A DNA stretch of 64,000 nucleotides from Chrysomallon squamiferum (Eukaryota > Animalia > Mollusca), in contig CM022667.1 of the NCBI GenBank assembly GCA_012295275.1, forward strand, positions 13,950,001 through 14,014,000. The letters are read 5' to 3'. Position 1 is the stretch's first letter, and the number at the start of each line of letters is the position of its first letter. The position numbers and the translations under genes were made by a program. Positions 15,156-30,111 of this stretch are shown piece after piece. The notes beneath the pieces are model-generated. The model was not told where the DNA came from. It saw only the letters and a list, made by a program, of their open reading frames with translations, and searched no databases.

Positions 15156-18100
15156 TATCCCATGAATCAGACTATCAATCATTTGTTTGTCTCTACTTAT
15201 ATCTCTGTCACTTGTCTCTGTTTCTCTACCTTTATCTCTATCATCTTTTTTATCTCTACCTTTATCTATCATCTTTTTTCTCTCTACCTTTATCATTTTT
15301 CAGTGACTCTTTAGCTATATCTCTATCATTTGTCTCCTTCTCTTAACAATAACTTATCTGTATCATTCTTAATTCTCTTTTGGTATGTGTTCACAAATAT
15401 AGATTAGAGTTATGTCCCTTACGTCAGATGTCCTCACAGAGCAAAGTAAAAATTACATCAATTAGAGTTATCTCCCTTTAGTGATAAGTGTTCACAAACA
15501 TAGATTAGAGTTATGTCCCTTACATGAGATGTACTCACTAAGCTTACGTACGCTAATTATCCGTACGGGATAAATGGAACCTCCAGAAACTCCGAGATTC
15601 GATCCACGATTGTGTAAAAATCACTTTTTTATATATAAAAAGATCATAAGCAGTGACGTATGACCCGGATGTGGGACAAGTTGACGCCGAGAAGAAAAAA
15701 TTATATCGATTAGAGTTATTTCCCTTACGTGAGATGTAATCACAAACTTAAGTTAGAGTTATGTCCCTTACATGAGATGTACTCACCAAGCTTTCATACG
15801 CTAATTATCCGTACGGGATTAAAGGAACCTCCCAAAACGCCATTCAGCAGTTACCATATATCTTTATTTATATCTTGATTATTTCTCTCTGTCTCTCTAA
15901 CTACGTCTGTCCCATGACTCAGCCTTCCTATCTATTATCTTCTCTATCATTTGGCTCTGCTTCTCGCTATCTTTACATCTATCACATCTGTCGCTCTACG
16001 TTTCTATCTATCTCTCTATCTGTATCTTTATCTCGTTCTGTACATTGATAACGTCTGTCTCTGAACCATATCTCTATCACTTCTCTCTCTCTACATACAT
16101 TGCCACTGATTGTTTCTGATTCTCTACCAGCATGTCTAGTACTTGTACATCTCTCTACAATTATCTCTATCACTTGCCTTTCTCTCTATATTTATCATTA
16201 TCATTTGTCTCCATGTCTCAACTTATATCTATCTCTATCAAAGTCTGCCTAATCTTTATCTCTATCATTTGTCGTTCTACCTATATCTTTGACTTGTCTC
16301 CATCTCTTTACCTACATCACTAATACGAGCCTCTGACTCTCTATCTATATCTCTAGACAAGAGACACGGGTACAGAGATACGGGTACAGCGAGACATGCG
16401 ATGGAGATATAGATAGAGAGTCAGAGACACGTATTAGTGATGTAGGTAAAGAGAAGGAGACAAGTCATGGGACAGACATAGTTAGAGACTCAGAGAGAAA
16501 TAATCAAGATATAAATAAAGAGATATAGATAGAGAAATTCATGGGATGGAGAGATAGGTGTAGATAGAGACAGAGACAAGTGATATAGATATAGGTGGAG
16601 ACACAGAAAAAAGTGACGATATGTAGAGAGTGATATAGACCATATATGGTAACTGCTAAATGGCGTTTTGGGAGGTTCCATTAATCCCGTACGGATAATT
16701 AGCGTATGAAAGCTTAGTGAGTACATCTCATGTAAGGGACATAACTCTAACCTAAGTTTGTGAGTACATCTCACGTAAGGGAAATAACTCTAATCGATAT
16801 AATTTTTTCTTCGCAGCGTCAACTTGTCCCACATCCGAGTGATACTTCACGGCTTATGATCTTTTTATATATAAAAAAGTAATTTTTTCCACACTCGTGG
16901 ATCGAATCGCTGTGTTTCTGGAGGTTCCAATTTATCCCGTACGGATAATTAGCTTACGTAAGCTTAGTGAGTGCATCTCATGTAAGGGACATAACTCTAA
17001 TCTATGTTTGTGAACACATATCACTAAAGGGAGATAACTCTAATTGATGTAATTTTTACTTTGCCCTGTGAGTACATCTCACGTAAGGGACATAACTCTA
17101 ATCTCTTTATTTGTTAACACATATCAAAAGAGAATTAAGAATGCTACAGATAAGTTATTGCTAAGAGAAGGAGATAAATGATAGAGATATAGCTAGAGAG
17201 TCACGGAAAAATGATAGATAAAGGTAGAGAGAAAAAAGATGACAGAGATAAAGGTAGAGAGACAGAGACGAGTGATAGAGATATAAGTAGAGACAAATAA
17301 ATGATTGATAGTCTGATTCATAGGGTAGACAGATGTAGTTAGACAAGATACACGGGTACAGAGATACGGGTACAGCGAGGCATACGATAGAGATATAGAT
17401 AGAGAGTCAGAGACACATATTAGTGATGTAGGTAAAGAGAAGGAGACAAGTCAAAGATATTGGTAGAACGAAAAATGATAGAGATAAAGATTAGGCAGAC
17501 TTTGATAGAGATATAAGTTGAGATATGGAGACAAATGATAATGATAAATATAGAGAGAAAGGCAAGTGATAGAGATAATGGTAGAGAGATGTACAAGCAC
17601 TAGACATGCTGGTAGAGAATCAGAAACAAGCAATAGCAATATATGTAGACAGAGAGAAGTGATAGAGATATGGTTCAGAGACAGACGTTATCAAGGTACA
17701 GAACGAGATAAAGATACAGATAGAGAGATAGATAGAAACGTAGAGGGACAGATGTGATAGATGTAAAGATAGCGAGAAGCAGAGCCAAATGGTAGAGAAG
17801 ATAATAGGTAGGAAGACTTAGTCATGGGACAGACATAGTTAGAGTGACAGAGAGAAATAATCAAGATATAAATAAAGAGATATAGATAGAGAAAGTCATG
17901 GGATAGAGATATAGGTGTAGATAGAGACAGAGACAAGTGATATAGATATAGGTGGAGAGACAGAAAAAAGTGACGATATGTAGAGAGTGATGTAGACCAT
18001 ATATGGTAACTGCTGAATGGCGTTTTGGGAGGTTCCATTAATCCCGTACGGATAATTAGCGTATGAAAGCTTAGTGAGTACATCTCACGTAAGGGAAATA

Positions 18101-19460
18101 ACTCTAAACGATATAATTTTTTCTTCGCGGCGTCAACTTGTCCCAAATCCGGGTGATACTTCGCAGCTGATGATGCTATATAAAAAAGTGATTTTTCCAC
18201 AATCGTGGATCGAATATCGGCGTTTCTGGAGGTTCCATTTATCCCGTACGGATAATTAGCGTACGTAAGCTTCGTGAGTGCATCTCATGTAAGGGACATA
18301 ACTCTAATCTATGATTGTGAACACATATCACTAAAGGGAGATAACTCTAATTGATGTAATTTATACTTTGCTCTGCGAATACATCTCACGTAAGGGACAT
18401 AACTCTAATCTATTTATTTGTGAACACATATCAAAAGAGAATTAAGTATGATACAGATAAGTTATTGTTAAGAGATGGAGATAAATGATAGAGATATAGC
18501 TAGAGAGTCACTGAAAAATGATAGAGAAAGGTAGAGAGAAAAATGATGATAGAGATAAAGGTAGACAGACAGAGACAAGTGATAGAAATATAAGTAGAGA
18601 GAAACAAATGATTGATAGTCTGTTTCATGGGATAGACAGATGTAGTTAGACAAGAGACACGGGTACAGAGATACGGGTACAGCGAGGCATGCGATAGAGA
18701 TATAGATAGAGAGTCAGAGACACCTATTAGTGATGTAGGTAAAGAGAAGGAGACAAAGTCAAAGATGTAGGTAGAACGACAAATAATAGAGATAAAGATT
18801 AGGCAGACTTTGATAGAGACATAAGTTGAGACATGGAGACGAATGATAATGATAAATATAGAGAGAAAGGCAAGTGATAGAGATAATGGTAGAGAGATGT
18901 ACAAGTACTAGACATGCTGGTAGAGAACCAGAAACAAGCAATAGCAATATATGTAGACAGAGAGAAGTGATAGAGATATGGTTGAGAGACAGACGTTATG
19001 AAGGTACAGAACGAGATAAAGATACAGATAGAGAGATAGATAGAAACGTAGAGGGACAGATGTGATAGACGTAAAGATAGCGAGAAGCAGAGCCAAATGA
19101 TAAAGAAGATAATAGGTAGGAAGGCTTAGTCACCCGGATTTCCGACAAACTGACGCCTCGAAGAAAAAATTATATCGATTAGAGTTATTTCCGTTATGTG
19201 AGATGTACTCACAAACTTAGGTTAGAGTTATGTCCCTTACTTGAGATGTACTCACAGAGGAAAGTATAAATTACATCAATTAGAGTTATGTCCCTTTAGT
19301 GATATGTGTTCACAATCATAGATTAATGTTATGTCCCTTACATGAGACGCACTCACTAAGCTTACGTATGCTAATTATCCGTACGGGATAAATGGAATCT
19401 GCAGAAACGCCGAGATTCGATCCACGATTGTGGAAAAATCACTTTTTTATATATAAAAAG
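15156..19460. repeat. Complex ~1.3 kb-unit satellite block arranged forward / inverted x2.x / forward
   Basis: The unit contains GATAGAGATA-rich segments and sub-repeats TTAGAGTTAT(G/C/T)TCCCTT. Forward copy 15156-16354; inverted copies start at about 16355, 17341 and 18648 (period 1307); orientation flips back at about 19131. Confidence 0.85.
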
Positions 19461-20160
19461 GTCAGAACCGTATATCTCTATCTCTTTTCTCTGTCTCTAT
19501 CTATGGCAATTAATTGTCATAGTCCGCAAAAAGATCATGGTATATTCCTTTGTTTTGTATGGCTTATTATGTATATTTATATGTAATGAATATGTGGAGA
19601 TGAAATTAAAGCTGTATTTTTAAACAAATGTATTGTTATCTTGCTTTAAATACAGAACTTAATTAATCTCGAACGCCAGAAAATAGTAAAAGTTTAAATT
19701 ATGAAAAGAATATATGAATATTAAATATTGTTTCGCTTGAAAATCAAAAATATTGACAAGACAAAAAAGGATCCTAAAAAGTATTTGTTGTTATATTTGT
19801 ACCTATTTGTACCCCAAAAAGATATATGTATAAAAGAATAACAACAACAACAAAGAAACAAATAACAACAACAACAAATAAACAAATAACAACAACAAAC
19901 AAACAAATAATAACAACAAAAAACATTGTTCTGGTGACAAACGTGTGTGCTCTTTTCTGTACAGACTATTAAACCTCCAGTAAGTAAAACTATATTTGTT
20001 TTCTTTACCTTTCCACGAGATTTATTAAGAATAAATCATATACTTGACATAACTGTCATAAAAAGGAGAACAATTAGCTGAATTTGCAAATACAGGTAAG
20101 TACATTCTGTCATCAGTTTTAAGATGTTACGCACGCACACACACACACACACACACGCAC

Positions 20161-20194
<34 letters not shown>

Positions 20195-20792
20195 TACACA
20201 CATTACGAAACGAAAGAAAAACTTGAAAATACATAACAACAAATGCTGATATTAGTAACATTAATTTATTTTTAAACAGGATATATCTTCAAATTCATAA
20301 CAATGTAGAATAAATTATTTACTCATGTTTATTATTATTATTATTATTATTATTAAAGATAGATCTGTTTGAGGCTAAGACACTGAAGTACACGATATAC
20401 AGAGCCATATTTTTTTACCCTTCATTTCTCAGTGAACGTAATATTTTTTGTTTATTTATTTATTATCAAATACAGGTCAAGTACATTCTGTCACCAGTTT
20501 CAAGATGTCACACACACTCACACACACACACATATAAATACACACACATATACACACAAATACACACACACATATACACACAAATACACATACATACACA
20601 CACAATTAATATATTATGTTAACTTTGTGTATCTTTCTAAATCACACGACTTGGCGTGTGGTAAATATAGAAAAAGTATTACACAATTTCACTGAAATCA
20701 ACAGAGAATTATGAGAAAAGTGTGCTAAATGAAGCTGAGAAGTAGAAATTTAAAAACCACTAAAACCACTAAATTGACACAAACACACACAC

Positions 20793-20831
<39 letters not shown>

Positions 20832-20985
20832 CTCAAATACATTCAAACAAGACACACACACAAACACTCACACACATACATAACACATAGACACATACAC
20901 ATTCAAAATAATAACTATAAACAATACATATATATGTATTTTCCCACAGTGTTTGTCTTGTATTTACGAAGATTTTCAAATGTAG

Positions 20986-21056
<71 letters not shown>

Positions 21057-21220
21057 TAACTTCTTTAAATACATAATAACAAATTCTGATATTAACAACA
21101 TTAATTTATTTTTTAAACATTTATTTACTCATATTTATTATTATTTCTATTTTTATTTTTTTTTAAAGATAGATATTTTGAGGCTTAGACACAGATGGGT
21201 TTTTTCAATGTCAATTCTGT

Positions 21221-21904
21221 CTATTTGCTTAAAATCACGAACGAGATCACTATTCCAATCCACATCGACAACAGAGATCTGCGTGTCTGGTGCTCAGCTG
21301 TAAAACAAATTGAATCAACAAATATTTGGTAATTCATTTTGAATATTAATAGATATTTGTTACCACGCACACATATTTCAGCTGATTGGTGTAGAAACAA
21401 AAAAACCTAACAGGCGTTCAGAGAAATACTAATCTTATGATATTAGAAAGACTAATCGATCGACAGAAATAAAAATGAGAAGATTCGAAGCTGAAATAAA
21501 AAACGGCGTAGACCGTATTTTTACATAAAGTGAATCAATAACAGTACAAGTGATGATTTTCCTTGTTACATCTAATCTTTTAATAATAAATTTGGACCTT
21601 AAAATTATAATCTCATCTTCAGTAATTATAGTAATTACAGATTCATCTCGGGAAAGAAAACAATCTTTAGGGAATATATTATACATGTTTAGCTTATTTG
21701 TTCGCAGACGAAATAGCAAATTTTAAAACTTTTATTGGATTCAATAGTGAAAGTAGTAATTTTACATACTTAAGCATAGTTAAAATTCTAAACAAGAATC
21801 CTACTGTTAATGTCCTTGAAAATCTCTTACCTTTGCTGTGTGCGGCATGCGGGATCGCTTCTTTACCTTTAATATTATTACACATTTATTATACATTATA
21901 CATG

Positions 21905-21978
<74 letters not shown>

Positions 21979-22412
21979 CCACAGACATACCTTATAGAAT
22001 ATATATATATATATATGCACTAATAAAGTATAGTAAATTATTATTATTATTATTATTATTGTTATTATTATTATTATTATACATTAGTGTTTAACATGTA
22101 AAGAATCATTAAAAATTCAGAGTACCGCAGAATAAATCCAGCATCTTTCTCACTTTCTTTACGTTAAAGGCTTCGTCAGTCTCGCCGAGACAGTTGGTTT
22201 TTGTCAAACAGCTCATCATTGACTGTGATAACCTGAAGTTACAGAACATTTATTATTACTAGTTTATATGGCAAAACCATTCAGTTAAAGTGAAGACAGT
22301 TTGGTTTATGCAACTGCGAATGAAAGAAAAAATATATATAACCAAAATAACTTTACCTATGTACATAGAATATATTTTATAAAAACAGTATTAATAAATA
22401 CATAAATTATGC

Positions 22413-22454
<42 letters not shown>

Positions 22455-23148
22455 AGAGACAAAGAAACAAACAACAAATAAATAACTAAATAAATAAATA
22501 AATAAATAAATCTACTATAATTTATTTTCGTTTGAACATACCGACATTTTGCAGCACTGTTCTCGTCATCGAATCGGAATTCCTGCGTGAAATGAACACT
22601 GCATACTTTCGCTGTGTCTCTGTCACACTGACAAAAAGCCGAGTGTATTGTTACTGAAATAATTAATAATTATGGTTTTGTAGAAATGTCATTAGAACAT
22701 CCCATGAGCGAGAATTAACCGTTCATAAAATTCTTATTGAAGTTATATGAATAATCAATGTGTGTGTGTTTTGTGTCCGCTACTATTTATATATATATAT
22801 ATATATATTTTTTTTTTTTTGAATTATCACATTATATTGTTAGTTTTCTTATTATGTGCTTTACTAAATGTTAAATATTTGATATAAATTATCATAATTA
22901 ACATTCAAAAAAAAACAACAAAAAAAACAAAACAACATAACTTAAAATGAAACTGAAATATCTATAAATAATTGTTTCTTTTAACATAAATATTTACATT
23001 TTATAAACAAAATATTTTATCTGACTCCTCCTTAACGAAACATTATGTTATTTCCTCAATATTTATCTTTTATTACAAATATATATATATAACTATACAC
23101 ATACACACCATATTTCGTAAATATTATGGATATGAATATTATTATCTA

Positions 23149-23212
<64 letters not shown>

Positions 23213-23484
23213 GATAGATAGATAGTAATATTCATATCCACATTTACGAAATATGGTGTGTATGTGTGTATGTGGGTATATATATATAAACACATGCACT
23301 GTCTTGTTTTAAATACAAATATACATACACATAACCTATATATACACAACTGATTTTGAAAAATATATAAATATTATTTTATTTTTGCTTCATTAAGTTA
23401 TGCATGTGTGTGTTTGTGTGAGAGATATATTTGAATATAATATATTTTACCTGACAGAATGCAGATAGCAAATAGCAGCTTCAT
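21221..23484 (-). CDS. Member D: 121-aa six-Cys protein
   Basis: Exons 23484-23451, 22653-22542, 22232-22126, 21866-21831, 21297-21221: MKLLFAICILSVTIHSAFCQCDRDTAKVCSVHFTQEFRFDDENSAAKCRLSQSMMSCLTKTNCLGETDEAFNVRKVRKMLDLFCGKEAIPHAAHSKAEHQTRRSLLSMWIGIVISFVILSK*. Confidence 0.9.
23096..23270. repeat. Hairpin (inverted duplication) centred on (TATC)n/(GATA)n in intron 1 of D
   Basis: ACACATACACACCATATTTCGTAAAT..TGGATATGAATATT on the left is mirrored by AATATTCATATCCA.ATTTACGAAATATGGTGTGTATGTGT on the right. Confidence 0.8.
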
Positions 23485-23714
23485 CTTACTGTATACCTAG
23501 AGAATGCTTTGTTAGTAAATGTGAGTTCGACAAACGACTTATTGCACTTTAGACCTGTGCACCGTCAGCTGAGGTTTTGCTTTTTCTTTTCTTCTTCTTA
23601 TGACTTTGTTTTTAATTAGACCTAGTACGAAAAGCAAACCAAAAAAATGTTGAATGTTTTTTTTCATTCGTATTAGCAGAACAGGTTAAATTTGTTTTTA
23701 TATGTAAAAAAAGT

Positions 23715-23745
<31 letters not shown>

Positions 23746-24257
23746 TAATAATAATAATAATAAAAAAGAGGCTCTTTACCGTTAATAACGTCTGGTTTTA
23801 AATTACGTCATTTCAAACGTCACCTCTTAGACAAACGTCACCACTTTGAAAAGATGTCTGTGGGTTTTAATATAAAACGCTAAAGGCCGTGAGGCTGAGG
23901 GTGGGACGTAAAGGGGTAGACACAGTAAATCGCTCTGTGAGAAATTATTGACTTGTCTGTTGTCTACACTAACTCGGGCAATTTCTAATTCAAGAAGATT
24001 CCATAATAAGTTACAGCTTATCCATTTCCCATTGTGTAAAATGTCTTTCATTTAAAAATATTTTGATGTGGGTTTTTATTATTAAAGTATTCTAAAACTA
24101 AAAAAAAAAAAAAGTGTAATTAGAAAGTGATAAATTTAAATAAGCATTCCAAAACAGCAATGAAAACAAATAAATATTGCTTTATTTGGTTATTTTGTCC
24201 CCAAATTTTGCCCCATCATTAAATACTGCAGTTACTACTACTACTACCACTACTACA

Positions 24258-24310
<53 letters not shown>

Positions 24311-24906
24311 CAACAACAACAACAACAACAACAATAATAATAATAATAAAGAAATAATTATTTCAAAAATGCATCGTTATAAACCTTAAGGAATAAATAT
24401 TAATTTTTGTTTTGATGAATTTCGGAAACTGTGAGATATTTCGGAGCTTTCGTATGACTGATCAGCATTTTCGGCGAAGATGTTCGAGCTATATATTGAA
24501 AAACAGGTATTGTTGCGTGCAAAGTTACTTAATGAGTTTGTACACGTAACATAAATTGTTTTCTGTGCTCCAAATTGTGGGCACTATAAAATCCACAACA
24601 CATTTTAGCCAGATATTTCTTGGAAAAGGATGGAATTTAAAAAAAAAAATCGTTGCTGACATATTCTAAACATATTCATTTATTCAGTTATTTAATGACT
24701 TTTTAAATTCACATTTAACCAATCGCCGAACTCCGTGCTCTCTTGAAAGTTGTCCTGGTTGAACCCACTAAATATGCATGGGACGAAGCTTCTAGAAAAG
24801 ATGGCGGAATTTGACACCGATAGATTCAGACATTTTCAAACAACACTTTGAGTTTACTGCACCAAGCATGATAGGTGGTATCGTGCTCAGCACGTCTGCC
24901 TATGTA

Positions 24907-24967
<61 letters not shown>

Positions 24968-25076
24968 TGTCATGGAAACATTTGTGTCAAGATTCGCAGA
25001 ACCATTGTTTTCTAACCCTTCATTTCTCAGTGAACGTAATTTTTATTTTTTATTATCAGTTTATTTATTTGTTTTA

Positions 25077-25128
<52 letters not shown>

Positions 25129-26048
25129 TGGCCAGAGATTCATTTGTTTCCCCCAAAATTTCATTTGAAAGAAAAAGATCTAATGAAGAACAATTTTGAC
25201 AACATTAAATTTTTCTAATCAAATTTTGGACGAGTTATTTACTACTGAAGGTGAACACGTTAATTAATTTACGCTAATTAACAGATTTTAAATTTCATCA
25301 ATTGTAAAACGTGTTTTGCCGAATTGGTCTTGCTTAAGAAGGGTAAATAAATTAAAAATATAAAAGATAAAATAAATAGTAATAATAATTTCAAAAATTC
25401 TAAATAAAGAAGTAAGAAAATGTACAAAGTATAATTTTGAAGGCTTCAAACTCTGGCGATATTTTCTGTGTACGTCCTAACTGATAAGGACACAGTAAAA
25501 GGGAGATATACAGAGTTAGATTAGGATATTCCCCTTATTCCAACAGTTAAATGCATATATTACACATGACTTAAATCGATAACTCAGTATGCAAAGTCTG
25601 CTAACTTAGTTTTTTATGATAACACCAGTTGCGTGGAAATGGGGGTATCAAAAGAAAGGGGGGGGGGGCATCCGATCAGAGAAAAGAACTTAATAAATAT
25701 GGTTGATTTATATTTAAATCGAATTGTTTATTTTATGTTTAATCTGTGTTTACATATTCAAAATATTTTCCTTTCTCATAACATTTCTCAGTACCAGGCC
25801 CTATTCTTGAGTCTTTGGGGCATACAGTCAAGGAGTACAGTACAGACCTCTGTAATACACTAGACAACACTGTAACGAATGATGTTAAATAGCAACATTA
25901 ATTTATTTTTCAATACAGATAATAAGTTAAATATATTTCTTAATTATCAATTTAACTGTAATTTAATTATTATTAATTTGTTTAAATTTATTAATGATAG
26001 AAGTCTTTGAGGCTTAGACACAGACGTTTTGTTGAATGTCTATTTTGT

Positions 26049-27048
26049 CTATATGTTTAAAATGACGAGCGCGATCATTACTCCAATCCACTTCGAGAAC
26101 ACAGATCTGCGTGTCTGGTGCTCACCTGCAATACAAACATTAAATCAGTTAATATGTAGTGAACCATTTTAATGTTGACGCTTGTTCAGGATCAAGTAAA
26201 CCTTAATATCAGCTTGCTATAGATAGGAAAGCTAGCACTAAAGTCATGTCTAGAACAGACAACGGATATAAAGAGAAATATTAGACGTGTGATGTACCAG
26301 AATCTCTGCAACCCAACGCAATCAAGGTAGTATTGGCGTTCAGTGTAACATGTTGAAAATGTCAAGAGACAGCAGTGTTTAATACACAATTACCATAACT
26401 ATGAGGATAACAAAACCAGTTTTAGGAAATTTCAAAGATGTTTTCAAATCTGTCGGAACATAATATCTGGTTTAGACGATTTTTTGTACTGTTGATCTTA
26501 AATATACAATTACACATAAAAGCTTGCGGTCCATGTGAAAATTAATTTAAATAAACGGGATCCTTAATAAAGAAAAGTTTGGGAACCAGATCTACGCCAT
26601 CGAATGTAACATTTATAACCCAACCGTTCGAGTTAATCAGAAGGGAAATCGAAAAGGATGTAATAAAATGACTTTTATAAATAACTTGGAGTCTGACAAT
26701 TTCTCGTTTTTACTGTCATGTTGTGCTTTATTTTATCATTATGGATTCGATTCTAGAAAGATAAGAACAATTATAAAGTAAACTTAATACATTTAGCTGA
26801 CCTGTACGTACCTGTTTTGTTAAACTTTAAAACTGTCATTACATTAAAAACTAACTTTTGATAGATAAAAATTACATTTCAGTAAATATACATAAAACTT
26901 GCCTTTACTTGATTGAGGATCAAGCGAGATTTCATCTCCAGCTGAAATGTTTTTAGAAATTTATTATATGTACTAGCACGCACACACACACATATACATA
27001 CAATAATAACAGTATCATTAATCAAATTATTATAACTACTAGTACGTC

Positions 27049-27090
<42 letters not shown>

Positions 27091-28285
27091 TGTTATTATT
27101 GTTATTATTATTATTAATACACGTTCGACGTTAGTGTTTAACATTCAAAAATTATTGTGTATAGAGTTAAACGTACCGCAGTTCTCTTTTATTTCCTTTT
27201 TCACTCTTTCTATGTTACCAGTCAGGTCAGTGTTTTGAAGACAGTCTGTGTTTACTGCACAACTCATCATTTTCTGGGCTATGCTGAAGTGTAGTAAATT
27301 TATTATTATTAATTATATGACAAAAACATCGAGTTAAAGTGACGATATTAATTTTGTAAAATTGCGAATGAAATTACGAAAATACATATATAAACAAAAT
27401 ATATTCATTTATGTAGACCTATATAGAAAATATATCTATAAAAACAATAATAATAAATAAATAGATTTTATATAAAAAAACACGAAACAAAACAAAACAA
27501 AAACAAAAAAGCAAATAAATGAATGAATGAATAAATCCACTATAGATTATTTTCGTTCGAACGTACAGACATTTCTCAGATCTTGTCACATCCTCTGTAT
27601 CCATTTTCTGCGCATATTTATCGCCGCATTTTTCGATTTCTGTTACGTTACATTCACAAAAAGCCAAGTGTATTGTTACTGAAATAAATTAAGAACTGTA
27701 GTTTTGCAAAACTGTCATTAGAATTCTATATATATCTACGTAAGTATGTATGTATGTATGTCCATATGTATATTACACAGTTATCAAAGAAGTAGATTGT
27801 TATGAAATTTTAACTTTGTTTTTATTATAATCGTTACTAAACATCAAAACATTTAATATAAATTATTATTAATTAGCACTTAACTAAAATATAACAGAAA
27901 ATAACATTTTACATTTAATGTAGAAAACATTTTGTTTGACTGTAGTTATTGCTACAGTATTTATCTTTTGTTATTACAAATATTATATATATATAATTAC
28001 ACACGTACCTATACACAACAGATTTCGTAAAGACTATACTGTTGTGGATATATATCTAAAAACACATTGCGTTGTCTTTCTTGTTTTAAATACACATATA
28101 TACACAGATACACCTGTATACACGTACACACAACAAATTTCGTAAAGTAAAAACATTTACTGTGTTTTGGGGTTTTGGGGGTGTTTTTTTAAGTATGTAT
28201 GTATGTGTGTGTTCGAGAGAGATTTGAATATAACATACAATTAAATTTTACCTGACAAAATGCAGAGTATTAACAGCAACTTCAT
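26049..28285 (-). CDS. Member E: 122-aa six-Cys protein (GC-AG intron 4)
   Basis: Exons 28285-28252, 27678-27567, 27283-27177, 26941-26903, 26125-26049: MKLLLILCILSVTIHLAFCECNVTEIEKCGDKYAQKMDTEDVTRSEKCLIAQKMMSCAVNTDCLQNTDLTGNIERVKKEIKENCAGDEISLDPQSSKGEHQTRRSVFSKWIGVMIALVILNI*. Confidence 0.88.
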
Positions 28286-28654
28286 CTTTCTGTATACCTG
28301 GAAAATATTTGTTAGTAAATGTGAGTTGGACAAACAAATTATTGAATGTTAATAATTTTTTAATGTTCCAAATAACGTGAAATAATTCGAAAATAATAAT
28401 CTTACAGTTTAGACCTGTGCTTTGTCAGCTGAGGTTTTGCTTTTTCTTTTCTGCTTTTTATTATTATTTTGTTTTTAACTAGAAGTAGTACGAAAAGATA
28501 AAAACACAGAAGAAAAAATGAATGTTTCTTCTCTTTCGTATTAGTAAAATAATAGGTTAAAATTTGTTTTTACGTGTAAGAAAAGTTAATAATAATAATA
28601 ATAATAAAAAATAAAAAAACTAGGTTCTTTACCGTTAATGACGTCCTGTACTAA

Positions 28655-28668
28655 ATTACGTCATTTCC
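28655..28668 (-). promoter_or_regulatory. Conserved GGAAATGACGTAAT element (CRE/ATF-like) upstream of family genes; representative copy
   Basis: Found upstream of every member with a visible 5' end, exact or near-exact: 1996-2009, 9313-9326, 23802-23814, 28655-28668, 33925-33938, 39168-39181, 45806-45819, ~49643-49654, 54849-54862, 58026-58039, 63275-63288. It is always co-oriented with the gene. Confidence 0.65.
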
Positions 28669-29106
28669 TATCTTAGTTACACTGTCATAAAATTATAACT
28701 TTTCCGATTATAATCGTTACTAAACATGAAAACATTCAATATAAATTATTATTAATTAGCACTTAATTAAAATATAACTGTAAATAAATATTTAAATTTA
28801 ATATACAAAACATTTTGACTGCAGTTATTGCTACAGTTTTTATCTTTTGTTATTACAAATGTAATAAATACACACAACATATTTCGTAAAGAATATACTG
28901 TTGTGGGTATATATAAACACACTGAGTTCTGTACTGCTGTTTAAAATACACACACATACACCTATATATACGTACACACCACAGATTTAGTAAAATATAT
29001 AAAACACTGTCTGATTCGGGTTTTTTCGGCTTTTCTTCTTCTTTTTTTTAAATATGTATGTGTGAGTGAGAAAGAGATTTGAATATAATACACAATTAAA
29101 TTTTAC

Positions 29107-29140
29107 CTGACAAAATGCAGAGAACGAATAACAATTTCAT
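29107..29140 (-). pseudogene. Orphan signal-peptide exon (MKLLFVLCILS) upstream of E
   Basis: Intact ATG, 34-nt length and GT donor, but the upstream acceptor reads CTAC instead of CTAG and it has no exon 2 of its own. Confidence 0.7.
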
Positions 29141-29308
29141 ATTACTCTTTATATAGTAGGAAAAATATTTGTTAATAAATATGAACTCGATAAACGACTC
29201 GGTGAATGCCAATACTTTTTTGTAGCGTTCCAAACAATGTGTAGTAATTTGAAAATACTAATCTTGCAGTTTAGACCTATGCTTTCTCAGCAGAGGTTTT
29301 GCTGCTTC

Positions 29309-29390
<82 letters not shown>

Positions 29391-29532
29391 CGAAAAGATC
29401 CAAAACAATTATTGAATGTTTCTTCTCAAGCATAAAAATTATCATAAAATAATTATTTACTTTAAATTTATACCTAATTTACCCATCAAAAAAAAAAAAA
29501 AAAAAATAAAAATTAAATATTAAAATAATAAA

Positions 29533-29572
<40 letters not shown>

Positions 29573-30031
29573 TTTAAAATTAATAACATGAAAAAGAATC
29601 AAATCTTGTTTTCTATCACAGATATGGTGTGCCTGTTTCTGCATAGACTGTTAAACCTCCAGTAAGTAAAACTTTAAATTACTTTTGTTTAGCTTTGCAC
29701 GAGATTTATTAATAGTAAAGACTATGCCATATATTTAACATATTTGTCATTAAAAAGTCCCCATGAAACATGTCCCATATTTTTGGTTAAGGAGAACAAT
29801 TAGCTGAATTTGCGAATACAGGTTAAGTACATTCTGTCACCAGTTTTAAGATGTTTCGCACACCCACGGACAGATAGATACACCAACACATAAATACTCA
29901 CACACATTACGAAACGAAAGAAAAACTTGAAAATACATTATAACAAATGCTGATATTAGGAACATTAATTTATTTTTAAACAGGATATATCTCCAAATTC
30001 ATAACATTGTAGAATAAATTATTTACTCATG

Positions 30032-30111
<80 letters not shown>

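Noticed and set aside
15400-15790. Short AGAGTTATGTCCCTT repeats with intervening sequence, superficially CRISPR-like
   Set aside because: Spacing is irregular, the spacers are themselves repeated, there are no cas genes, and the context is eukaryotic. It is satellite substructure.
15982-19096. Many overlapping 60-170 aa ORFs in the satellite block
   Set aside because: They are low-complexity translations of GATA/GA-rich repeats, and the frames are not conserved between copies.
24797-24808. AAGATGGCGG YY1-like motif (mirrored at about 56490)
   Set aside because: It is a short motif duplicated with its flank and is not positioned consistently relative to most genes.
24177-25218. ORFs with poly-N, poly-Y and poly-I runs (also 29237, 34506, 39750, 40954, 49721, 60172 and others)
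   Set aside because: They are translations of (AAT)n microsatellites.
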